This document shows, piece after piece, positions 37,125-45,554 of a stretch of 64,000 bases of DNA. This DNA is from Candidatus Moraniibacteriota bacterium (GTDB lineage Bacteria; Patescibacteriota; Minisyncoccia; Moranbacterales; UBA1568): contig JBAQEZ010000003.1 in the NCBI GenBank assembly GCA_049287005.1, positions 533,808 through 597,807 on the forward strand, in the 5' to 3' direction. The notes under the pieces were generated by a model. That model was not told the origin of the DNA. It did no database searches and saw only the letters and a list, made by a program, of their open reading frames with translations. A program made the position numbers and the translations under genes. Each line of letters opens with the position of its first letter. Position 1 is the stretch's first letter.

Positions 37125-38735
37125 ATGATGAATGTGTTCAGAAAGTTTCAAGAAAGAAAATGGGAATTCATCCTATTGTTCACGATCATCGCGATAGGGA
37201 TGTTTCTCCGTACCTATAACTTCCACGAGTGGTTGCATTTCGGATCCGATCAGGCACGGGATGCCATACTCGTAGACAGGGTTTTGAACGGTACGACGCC
37301 TTGGCCGCTTCTCGGTGCCGACGCCAGTAATACCCATTTCAAGCTTGGTCCCATCTACTATTACTTTCAGATCGTATCCGCCAAGATATTCGGCAGCGAT
37401 GTCTCGGTGTTGGCCTATCCGGATGTATTGTTTTCCATCTTGGCGATTCCTCTTTTTTATTTTCTGCTTCGCAAGTATTTCGAGAAGCACCTGTCTCTGA
37501 TTATGACCGGGCTGTATGCCTCCTCTTTCTATATCATCGAATATTCGCGTTTCGCCTGGAACCCCAATCCTATCCCGTTCTTCGTGATGCTCTTCCTCTT
37601 CGCCCTGATGGAACTCTTCGCGGCACGCGAGAAAACCAGTCTGCTGTGGATAGCCGCGCTCGGCGTAGCGCTCGGCGTCAGCATCCAGCTCCATACGCTC
37701 CTCCTCCTCATTCTGCCGGTGATCTTTTTCTCCGCGTCTGTTTTTTTGCTCGGGAAAAATCGGGGAATATGGGTAAAGATCATCCTGATCGTCGTGATAG
37801 CGCTCATCCTGAATTTCGGCCAGATCAAAGGCGAGATCGAAACGCATGGCGCAAATTCGCAGCTTTTCCTGAAGGCGTTCACTGACAGATCCCAGAGCGG
37901 AACCGGCAGATTTGCAGCAAGCTTCGAAGCCGATCTGTTGTCTCACGCCCAGGCGAACACGCATATACTTTCTTCGCTGGGCGATAGGGGCGTGTTCACT
38001 TTCTTATCCATTCTTTCTCATCCAAGCAGAACGGATAGTCGGATCCTCTACGCGGTGTATGTCTGCGGTGTCATGATCAGCATCGCATTCTCTCTCCTCG
38101 GTTATGGCTTGCTTATCCGGAATGCGTTACAAGAAAAAGACAGCGGAAAGAAGATTTTTCTCGGGCTCATGCTGACGTATGCCGTGCTTTCCTTTCTTGT
38201 CCTGTTTTCTGTCGCGCGAGGCATGCCGCTGCGTTATTTCATCCATACGACGTTTGTCCCGTTCATTCTACTGGGACTCATCATCGATTGGATCCGACTC
38301 ACGATGCCTCGGCAGTCCGCCGCTGTGGCTGTTGTCATTTTCTTGTTTTGTTTCAGCGCCAATGCCTCTGCCATCGCGGCCGAAGCGTCGGATCTGGCGC
38401 ACGGCAGCCGCGGGGATCGCGGGTTCGTCGTTTTGGGTGAAGCGAAACAGATGGTCGATCATATGATAGTTCAAGCGGCCGCGGCAAAAGACGCATATCT
38501 TTTCGGTGGGACGGAGTACGTCGCTACGTATTTCAAACCGCTCCAATATATAGCCGAAAAAAAGGGTTTCCGATTGGAACGCGTCAAAAGGAAAAAAGCT
38601 CCTCTCTCGGATAAGCCGTATTTTTTTATCCAGAAGAGCTCGGGTGTAAGAGAATCATTCGAAATGTCTCAGTTCGAGACCATAGGGAACAAGGACTTTG
38701 GCCGCATCGGCATTTATCAATTAAGAAAACAGTGA
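37125..38735 (+). CDS. GT-C fold membrane glycosyltransferase, tandem paralog 3
   Basis: FLRTYNFHEWLHFGSDQARDA...WPLLGADAS...LGPIYYYFQ...AYPDVLFSILAIP...YSRFAWNPNPIPFF. Confidence 0.6.
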   Translation: MMNVFRKFQERKWEFILLFTIIAIGMFLRTYNFHEWLHFGSDQARDAILVDRVLNGTTPWPLLGADASNTHFKLGPIYYYFQIVSAKIFGSDVSVLAYPDVLFSILAIPLFYFLLRKYFEKHLSLIMTGLYASSFYIIEYSRFAWNPNPIPFFVMLFLFALMELFAAREKTSLLWIAALGVALGVSIQLHTLLLLILPVIFFSASVFLLGKNRGIWVKIILIVVIALILNFGQIKGEIETHGANSQLFLKAFTDRSQSGTGRFAASFEADLLSHAQANTHILSSLGDRGVFTFLSILSHPSRTDSRILYAVYVCGVMISIAFSLLGYGLLIRNALQEKDSGKKIFLGLMLTYAVLSFLVLFSVARGMPLRYFIHTTFVPFILLGLIIDWIRLTMPRQSAAVAVVIFLFCFSANASAIAAEASDLAHGSRGDRGFVVLGEAKQMVDHMIVQAAAAKDAYLFGGTEYVATYFKPLQYIAEKKGFRLERVKRKKAPLSDKPYFFIQKSSGVRESFEMSQFETIGNKDFGRIGIYQLRKQ

Positions 38736-38741
38736 TCCGCT

Positions 38742-40316
38742 ATGAAAAACTTTTTCAGCAGCTTGAATCAGAAGCTCTCTTGGCACGTGTGGGTATTGAT
38801 CGCCTGCCTGTGCATCGGTATCTTTCTCCGTACTTATAACTTCCACGACTGGCTCAGGTTCAATGCCGATCAATCGCGCGACGCCGTGGTGGTGAGTGAT
38901 TATCTGGATGGCACAGAAACACTGCCTCTTCTCGGCCCCAAGGCCGGGGGCACCGGCTTCAGGGTGGGACCGGCTTTCTATTATTTCCAGATAGCGGGAG
39001 CGAAGATCTTCGGTAACGATCCGGACAAGATGGCCTATCCCGATCTTCTTTTCTCTCTTCTCGCCATTCCGCTTTTGTTCTTCTTCCTACGGAAATACTT
39101 CGATATCAGGACAGCGCTCTTGCTCACGGCGATTTTTTCCGTTTCATTCTATGCGATAAAATATTCGCGTTTCGCCTGGAACCCGAACTCGCTCCCATTC
39201 TGGTCACTCTTGTTCCTCTCTGGATTGCATGCGGTTATGACTGCTAAAGAAGAGGCGTGGAAAGGATGGGCAGTGCTGACCGGCGTGGCGCTCGGCATCG
39301 GTGTCCAGCTGCATACGCTCTCGCTCTTATTATTCCCCATGATGACGTTTTCTGCGTTCGGATATCTCTGGTATCTGCGGAAAAAGAATCTCTGGAAGAT
39401 GGTTCTCGTGATCTGTGCCACCGCTCTTTTCCTCAACGCGCCGCAGATAGCGAGCGAATGGAAGACGGGCGGAGAAAACACCAGCGCTTTTCTCGGCGGC
39501 ATAGGGACGAAAGAAGAGAGAGGAAGCGGACTCGTGATGAATGCCGCAAAAGACATTGTCTGTTTCTCGCAGGGCAATACCTACATAGTGTCTTCTTATG
39601 ACAGTTCCGATACGTGCGAGCTGACCAGTATCAAACGAGGATGGAACATCCCCGCTTTCATGCTCGGACTCCTCCTCTTCCTGGGCGGCTTCGGCCTGGC
39701 GATACGCGCTTACAAGAGAGAGGCGGAGCAGGGCCGGAAGTTATTTTTGGGCATTTTTATCCTGTATGCGAGTCTCACGTTCCTGCTTTTGCTCCCGCTG
39801 GCCAATGAGATCTCCATGCGATTTTTTCTGGCTATCATGTTCATGCCGTTCGTTTTCTTGGGGCTGTGGTCTGAGTTCTTAACGGAGAAGTTTTCCAAGA
39901 TCGGATCCATCGGCGCGTGGAGCATCGGAATCATCCTGGTTGCCGCCAATCTCTTGGCCGTGCAGGATTCTTTCGCTACCTCTGCGGCCTATCTCACAAA
40001 TTCGAATGCAGGCATGGACAATGTTCTCCTCAAAGAAGTAGAACTTTCCTCAGCGTTCATCATCGCGCACGCGGGCGAGGCACAGATGGTTGCGGTGGAG
40101 GGCGACGCGAAATACCTTTTCAAAGCCTTGAAGTCTATGCAATACTACACTCACAAGGCAGGTATCAAGCTGGTGCAAAAAAACAAGAAAACTGACCCTG
40201 GAATGCCGGTATTTCTCATAGAGAATACCAAGAGCATAAACGGGATCCTGGAGAACCGGAGTGACATCGTCTCCCATCTGTCATTTGGCAGGTTCACGAT
40301 ATTTTCTCTCAAATAA
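38742..40316 (+). CDS. GT-C fold membrane glycosyltransferase, tandem paralog 4
   Basis: FLRTYNFHDWLRFNADQSRDA...LPLLGPKAGG...VGPAFYYFQ...AYPDLLFSLLAIP...YSRFAWNPNSLPFW. Confidence 0.6.
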   Translation: MKNFFSSLNQKLSWHVWVLIACLCIGIFLRTYNFHDWLRFNADQSRDAVVVSDYLDGTETLPLLGPKAGGTGFRVGPAFYYFQIAGAKIFGNDPDKMAYPDLLFSLLAIPLLFFFLRKYFDIRTALLLTAIFSVSFYAIKYSRFAWNPNSLPFWSLLFLSGLHAVMTAKEEAWKGWAVLTGVALGIGVQLHTLSLLLFPMMTFSAFGYLWYLRKKNLWKMVLVICATALFLNAPQIASEWKTGGENTSAFLGGIGTKEERGSGLVMNAAKDIVCFSQGNTYIVSSYDSSDTCELTSIKRGWNIPAFMLGLLLFLGGFGLAIRAYKREAEQGRKLFLGIFILYASLTFLLLLPLANEISMRFFLAIMFMPFVFLGLWSEFLTEKFSKIGSIGAWSIGIILVAANLLAVQDSFATSAAYLTNSNAGMDNVLLKEVELSSAFIIAHAGEAQMVAVEGDAKYLFKALKSMQYYTHKAGIKLVQKNKKTDPGMPVFLIENTKSINGILENRSDIVSHLSFGRFTIFSLK

Positions 40317-40324
40317 CAACCCTC

Positions 40325-41956
40325 ATGATAAACATATCAATTGAAAACATATCAGCCAGAGTGAAAAAAATACCGCTGCATTTTTGGATATTCGGAGCGA
40401 TCTTGGTTGTGGGAATCTTTCTTAGAACATACGAATTTCGCGATTGGATGGAGTTCAACCCCGATCAGGCGCGTGATGCGCTCCTGGTTCAGGATATGCT
40501 CGGTGGCCAAGAATGGCCGCTCATGGGGCCGCAAGCCGGAAATAAGATTTTCAAGATCGGACCGATTTTCTATTATCTCGAATTTGTCGCCGCGTGGCTC
40601 TTCGGACCATCGGCGGAAAAGATGGCTTATGCTGATTTGTTTTTTTCCATAACCGCCATCGTCCTGGCGTATTTTTTCTTTCGGAAGTTTTTCCAACGCT
40701 CCATCGCGCTGACGATCACCTTCCTCTTCAGCATTTCTTTTTTCGTGGTAACCTATTCGCGGTTCGCCTTCAATCCGAACTCGATTCCTTTTTTCACCCT
40801 CCTGTTCCTTTTCGCGCTGCTTGGGATACTCGATAATGCGCCGAAGGAGAAACTCCGTTTCGCAGCGCTCTTGGGCATCGCGATGGGAATCGGTTTCCAG
40901 CTCCATACGATACTGTTCATCAGCATGCCGCTACTGGCACTGCTGGTACTCGGCTATCTTTTCGCAAAAAAGCAGTTCGTCTGGAAGAGCGTACTTGTAA
41001 CACTCGCCTTTTTCTTCCTGTGCAATGCCGGGCAACTGATGTATGAATGGCAGAACAATGGTGCTAATATGCGCGCATTTTTTACGGATGCGAAATCCAG
41101 CACAGACAGTACCGGGAGAAATTATTGGAATGACCTGTCCAATGATACGCTGTGCCACATCCAGGGGAGCACGTACATCATTGCGTCTCTGGGCAGCGGA
41201 GACAAATGCGACCTGACCAAACTGGTGAGACGGATCGAAAAGAGAGGCATCGCCTTCAATATGGAACAAATCGTCCTCGCGACGGCCGGTTCGGTCTTCG
41301 TTATCGGAGGCATCGCGCTGTTTTTCTTCTACGCGAAGAAAGAAAAGGATCAGCGACGCAAACGCGCTTTCGTATTGGCAGCGGCGTATTGCGTGATCAT
41401 TTTTTTCATCTTGTTGCCTGTTTCATCGACGGTTTCTATGCGGTACTACATCGTGATCGAATTCGTACCCTTTCTGCTGGCCGGCCTCTGGATCCGTTTT
41501 TGTTTGGATACCATCCCCAGGAAACTTGCCCTACTTTGCACAGGAGCGTTCGTGACCGCACTGACCGCGTTCAATATGCTGACGATCAGGAATGCGGTCA
41601 TCGCCTGGAGCAACGGGATTGCCAGCACGGATAATGTGGCTTATTTCGGCGAGGTGGAAGCGATCAGCCGGTTCATGCTTGATCGTTCCCGAGGATCAGA
41701 AATCATCTATCTGACCGGCAAGAAGGCCTACGTCTCCCGGTATGGCAAGCCATTGGAATACTTTGCCAAGCAGAAAGGCGTCATATTAAGCAAGGCTTAC
41801 AGCAAAGACAAAATCATGGTCGGTGACCCATTCTTCTACGTGACCAAAAGAGCTTCTGAAAGAAGCCGCTCTTCCGAGGTGATCAAGGGATTCATCACCG
41901 AAGAGCAAGCGACGTTCGGCAATATAACGATCGTCAAGCTTGTCAGAAAGCCTTGA
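40325..41956 (+). CDS. GT-C fold membrane glycosyltransferase, tandem paralog 5
   Basis: FLRTYEFRDWMEFNPDQARDA...WPLMGPQAGN...IGPIFYYLE...AYADLFFSITAIV...YSRFAFNPNSIPFF. Confidence 0.6.
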   Translation: MINISIENISARVKKIPLHFWIFGAILVVGIFLRTYEFRDWMEFNPDQARDALLVQDMLGGQEWPLMGPQAGNKIFKIGPIFYYLEFVAAWLFGPSAEKMAYADLFFSITAIVLAYFFFRKFFQRSIALTITFLFSISFFVVTYSRFAFNPNSIPFFTLLFLFALLGILDNAPKEKLRFAALLGIAMGIGFQLHTILFISMPLLALLVLGYLFAKKQFVWKSVLVTLAFFFLCNAGQLMYEWQNNGANMRAFFTDAKSSTDSTGRNYWNDLSNDTLCHIQGSTYIIASLGSGDKCDLTKLVRRIEKRGIAFNMEQIVLATAGSVFVIGGIALFFFYAKKEKDQRRKRAFVLAAAYCVIIFFILLPVSSTVSMRYYIVIEFVPFLLAGLWIRFCLDTIPRKLALLCTGAFVTALTAFNMLTIRNAVIAWSNGIASTDNVAYFGEVEAISRFMLDRSRGSEIIYLTGKKAYVSRYGKPLEYFAKQKGVILSKAYSKDKIMVGDPFFYVTKRASERSRSSEVIKGFITEEQATFGNITIVKLVRKP

Positions 41957-41966
41957 GAGTTTCGCC

Positions 41967-43439
41967 TTATTTGTTGGCGTTGAAAAGTTTCGTAAAAGGA
42001 GCGATGTCCGAGGACTTCAATTCGCCGAGAATTTTCAGCAGACCAAAATACGCGAAAAAAAGAAACACGCCGGAAAGTATGAAGCTATACACGCCATGCG
42101 GAAAAAATCTGGCGGCCATAAAGATGATAGCCGCGCTCGCCAGCGAGGCAAAAAGCGTACGGAGGGAGACAGTCGCACGAAAATGCGTATGGGTATACGC
42201 GAGGATAGAGACCATAAGGAAACAGGAAACGATGGTGGTGGAAAGAGCCGCCCCGATGAGCTGATAGCGAGGGATCAGCAGAAAATTGAGAACGATCATA
42301 CCGAGGAAGCCGATGAGCGAGAGCTTCATGGGAATTTTCACCAGTCCGGCACCATTCAAAGCGAAGGAAAGGACATAAAAGACAGTCAGGAATCCGACGC
42401 CAACCGCGAAGATACTCATCGGCAGAGCGGCTGCGGCATACTTCGCGCCATAAAAAATATTCAGTACTTGCGCGGCATAGGCTGCGAGTAGGGTAATCAT
42501 AGGGAAGAGGAGGAGGACGAGCAGACGCAGAGACTTGTTTACGAGACCTTTTGTCTCCTCCGTATCCTCTGCGGCTGTCGATTGCGAAATAGCTGGCAGG
42601 AGGATGATCGTCAGGGCGTAAAAGAGATAGTACGGGATCCTTCCGACCGTGATAGCGGCGTTGTAGATACCAGTGAGATAGTCGCTCTGGAGGAGACTCT
42701 TCACAAAATAGAGATCCAGGGTGAGGATAAATTCGTAGAAAAGAAGGAAAAGCGTGAGTGGTCCGGCGTATGTGAGGATGGTTTTTCCTGAGAAGGACAC
42801 GACTTCATCTTTGGCCTGTTTGGTAGACGGGAAATAGCGATGGGTGATGATGATATCACAGACGAGTGCGATCAAGAAAACGAAAATGGGGGCGGCGATG
42901 TATCCGGACACTGCTCCTTCTACACCGAAGAAATAGGCGAAGCTTACGATGAACAGGATGCGCCCGAGCGCCCGAGCAGTTTTGAGGAAGGCTTGGAGAC
43001 GGAAAAAATGCAGTCCGGTGTAGTAGTAAAAATAAAAGGAGGCGGCCGCAAAGGCTGGGATAATAAGCGATGAAAGCTGAAACAGCGGAGTGAGACTCGG
43101 ATCACGGAGGAGCCACGCGATAATCGGAGAGGAAAAGAAAAAGACGACAGTCACGGCAAACATCAGGATGGCTTGCAGTTTCATTGCTTTGTATTTGATG
43201 CCGAGAATCTTTTCCGGAGCGCTTTCGAAGATTTCCGCCAGATATTTGGACATGGCTGTCGGAATGCCATTGCCGATGAGGATGATGATCATCGTGGTCA
43301 TCGTAACAATGAGGCTGAAGCGACCATAATCAGCTGGCCCAAGGATCCGTCCGACGGAAGAATGAATGACATAGCCGGCGATATTGAAGATGATTTCTGA
43401 CAGCGTGAGCCAGATGAGAGCCGAAGAGAATTTTTTCAT
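41967..43439 (-). CDS. wzx: Wzx-type oligosaccharide flippase (MOP superfamily polysaccharide biosynthesis protein)
   Basis: 490 aa with about 14 TM helices. The N-terminal segment is LIWLTLSEIIFNIAGYVIHSSVGRILGPADYGRFSLI. Its ATG forms an ATGA overlap with the stop of the upstream kinase gene (43436-43439). Confidence 0.7.
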   Translation of the reverse strand: MKKFSSALIWLTLSEIIFNIAGYVIHSSVGRILGPADYGRFSLIVTMTTMIIILIGNGIPTAMSKYLAEIFESAPEKILGIKYKAMKLQAILMFAVTVVFFFSSPIIAWLLRDPSLTPLFQLSSLIIPAFAAASFYFYYYTGLHFFRLQAFLKTARALGRILFIVSFAYFFGVEGAVSGYIAAPIFVFLIALVCDIIITHRYFPSTKQAKDEVVSFSGKTILTYAGPLTLFLLFYEFILTLDLYFVKSLLQSDYLTGIYNAAITVGRIPYYLFYALTIILLPAISQSTAAEDTEETKGLVNKSLRLLVLLLFPMITLLAAYAAQVLNIFYGAKYAAAALPMSIFAVGVGFLTVFYVLSFALNGAGLVKIPMKLSLIGFLGMIVLNFLLIPRYQLIGAALSTTIVSCFLMVSILAYTHTHFRATVSLRTLFASLASAAIIFMAARFFPHGVYSFILSGVFLFFAYFGLLKILGELKSSDIAPFTKLFNANK

Positions 43440-44044
43440 ATTTTCGTTATGATATCCTGAAAAATACTTTCTTTACTTTTGTTGCTATCGATGATGATCA
43501 TCTTCCAATCAGAAATTTTTTGCCTGAAGAGCTTTTGTTTGGCGCGGAGATACTCGATGCCTTGTTCCGGGGCATTTTCTCGCGTCATGATCATTTCTGG
43601 AGCGATATCGAAATAAAAAGCAACGTCGGGACGACGAGATAAGAGATGATTGATAATTGATGACAAAAACGATGACGTTTTTTTTCTTTTGGAAAGATAT
43701 TCTATATTGATGATCGAGTCATAAAAGTAGCGGTCGGAGAGGAGGTAATCGCAGTTTTCTTTTTTCAACTTCCTCAAAAGACAGCGGAAACGAAGCATAT
43801 CGATGAGAAGAAGTTTTTTCCGGAGAACAAGAGTAAACCAAGAAGCCTGGGTAACTGCCTTTTCTTTGCCCGGCTCGAAGGAATACTGTCCTTTGAAGCA
43901 GCGCGCGATCCTATTGGCAATGGAAAATTCGACCGCGTGAAAATACGCGACGTTCCAGTTCTCGCGTTCCAGCTTTTCCCGCACCAACCCTAATTGCGTC
44001 GATTTGCCTGATCCGTCAACACCGGAGAATGTGATGAATTTCAT
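43436..44044 (-). CDS. divergent thymidylate-kinase-like P-loop (d)NMP/nucleotide kinase
   Basis: Walker A FSGVDGSGKST at the N-terminus, as in Tmk (FEGxDGSGKST). LSDRYFYDS is the DRY motif. It lacks the TREPGGT NMP-binding segment of canonical Tmk, so its substrate is uncertain. Confidence 0.55.
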   Translation of the reverse strand: MKFITFSGVDGSGKSTQLGLVREKLERENWNVAYFHAVEFSIANRIARCFKGQYSFEPGKEKAVTQASWFTLVLRKKLLLIDMLRFRCLLRKLKKENCDYLLSDRYFYDSIINIEYLSKRKKTSSFLSSIINHLLSRRPDVAFYFDIAPEMIMTRENAPEQGIEYLRAKQKLFRQKISDWKMIIIDSNKSKESIFQDIITKI

Positions 44045-44048
44045 GATG

Positions 44049-45554
44049 TTAGTACATGATAATGGATATCGGCTGCATCTTGATTACCGGCTTGACGATG
44101 TCGTTTCGGATGACGCTTTCGATGACGTCAGCGGCGCGTTTGTAATGCGAAGAATCCTGCTCGATCACTTTTGAAGATCGGCCGTTATAAAGCTTCACGC
44201 CTTTCTGTTCGAGCTTCCTGTCGAGCTCGCCTTTGTTTTTCGGCACGCTGGCGTCTGTCTTCTCGACGGATTTTCCGGCGCCGTGATTGCAGGAGAAGAA
44301 GCTCGATACATTGCCATCCTGACCGACACACAGATAGGCTTCGGAACTCATGGATGTCGGAATGAAAGCCGGTTCGCCGGTTTCGCGGAAAAGCGGATGA
44401 TCTTGCATGCGCTCCTTGCCGTAGGCGCGGCTCGTTCCGTTCCGGTGGACCCAGATGTCTTTTTCAAAATGCTTTTCTTTGGAAACCAGGATGTGTGGCA
44501 TATCGTAGAGGAGGTCCATCTCGATTTCCCGTCCGAGCACCTTCTTGGCTGTTGCGGCGATGTTATGCGTGATAGTGGCGCGATTGGCATGCGCGAAATT
44601 GGAACAGGCATTGCGAGCGGCCATATACAGCTGTCCATCCTCGCCATCGCCATCGAAAGTGATGAGTGGCTCCTTTTTTCCGAAATCGGATGCGCGGATC
44701 TTCTTGGCAATCATGTTGACCGTTTTTCTGTACGGTGTCGACCAGAAAAAACGCCCGAGGTTCATGAGAATCGCAGTAGATTTGTGCTCGCGTTTCTTGG
44801 CGGTGTACATATACATCGTATACTGCCCGAGGATGCCGGAGCCGCAGTGCACCATGAAGAGATATTGACCTTTACGCACGTTGAATTTCCGAGCGGTTTC
44901 TTCGTCCAGAATGTCGGAAACTTTCATCAGATCGACGAAATGATTGCCGGCCGCTCCGAGAACACCCGCGCGAAACTGAGCGAAAAACAAGAAGAGCTTG
45001 GGTATAACATGAAAGATATCTTGTTTCGACTTTTCCTTCTCGAAGAAGTTGCCACGCTCGATGCAATTCTCGGCTTCGTTCTTGGTCTTGATACCGAGAT
45101 ACGCGATGAGCGGACGGATGCCTTGGCGACAGATATCGACGATAACCCGAAAGGGGAGATACGTGCCGACATAGGTCTTGGTCGGTACAGTGGCAACGAG
45201 CGCGCGGAACAGCTTGTCGATTTCTTCCAGCGTGATATTGGTCTCATCCAGATCGGTGCGAACGAGACGCATGCCGCAGCCTGGATCGCTATCGTTTATT
45301 TGCGGGAGGATAAAGCGTTCCGAAGTGACGGTCGTCCCGGTGGCGTTCTTCCGTCCGGGCTTGGAATGGACATCCGCCATAGCGGCGATGTGATCGAAGA
45401 CGAATTCTTGACTCGCCACGCTTTCGAGCTGGTCGAGCGTCTCCTGGCCCGGCATGAGCGTATCCTGTATATGAAAAACGACCGGCACCTGCATCTTGTC
45501 GGTCTTCCATTCGCTTTTATATCCTGAGTGTTCGGTAAAATTGTTTCCGTTCAT
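44049..45554 (-). CDS. rtcB: RtcB family RNA 3'-phosphate/2',3'-cyclic-phosphate ligase
   Basis: All metal and GMP-binding motifs align with archaeal and bacterial RtcB: MADVHSKPG (DxH), DPGCGMRLVRTDL (Cys), GNHFVDL, MVHCGSGILG, NFAHANRATITHN, DMPHILVS and CNHGAGKS (nucleophilic His). The C-terminal KPVIKMQPISII matches the RtcB end. Its ATG forms an ATGA overlap with the upstream GT4 stop (45551-45554). Confidence 0.85.
   Translation of the reverse strand: MNGNNFTEHSGYKSEWKTDKMQVPVVFHIQDTLMPGQETLDQLESVASQEFVFDHIAAMADVHSKPGRKNATGTTVTSERFILPQINDSDPGCGMRLVRTDLDETNITLEEIDKLFRALVATVPTKTYVGTYLPFRVIVDICRQGIRPLIAYLGIKTKNEAENCIERGNFFEKEKSKQDIFHVIPKLFLFFAQFRAGVLGAAGNHFVDLMKVSDILDEETARKFNVRKGQYLFMVHCGSGILGQYTMYMYTAKKREHKSTAILMNLGRFFWSTPYRKTVNMIAKKIRASDFGKKEPLITFDGDGEDGQLYMAARNACSNFAHANRATITHNIAATAKKVLGREIEMDLLYDMPHILVSKEKHFEKDIWVHRNGTSRAYGKERMQDHPLFRETGEPAFIPTSMSSEAYLCVGQDGNVSSFFSCNHGAGKSVEKTDASVPKNKGELDRKLEQKGVKLYNGRSSKVIEQDSSHYKRAADVIESVIRNDIVKPVIKMQPISIIMY

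Noticed and set aside
37173-37964. 263-aa minus-strand ORF antisense to tandem paralog 3
   Set aside because: Shadow ORF. The sense strand carries the conserved paralog block.
44283-45527. 414-aa plus-strand ORF opposite rtcB
   Set aside because: The minus strand contains every RtcB catalytic motif in order. The plus-strand translation has none and is compositionally odd.
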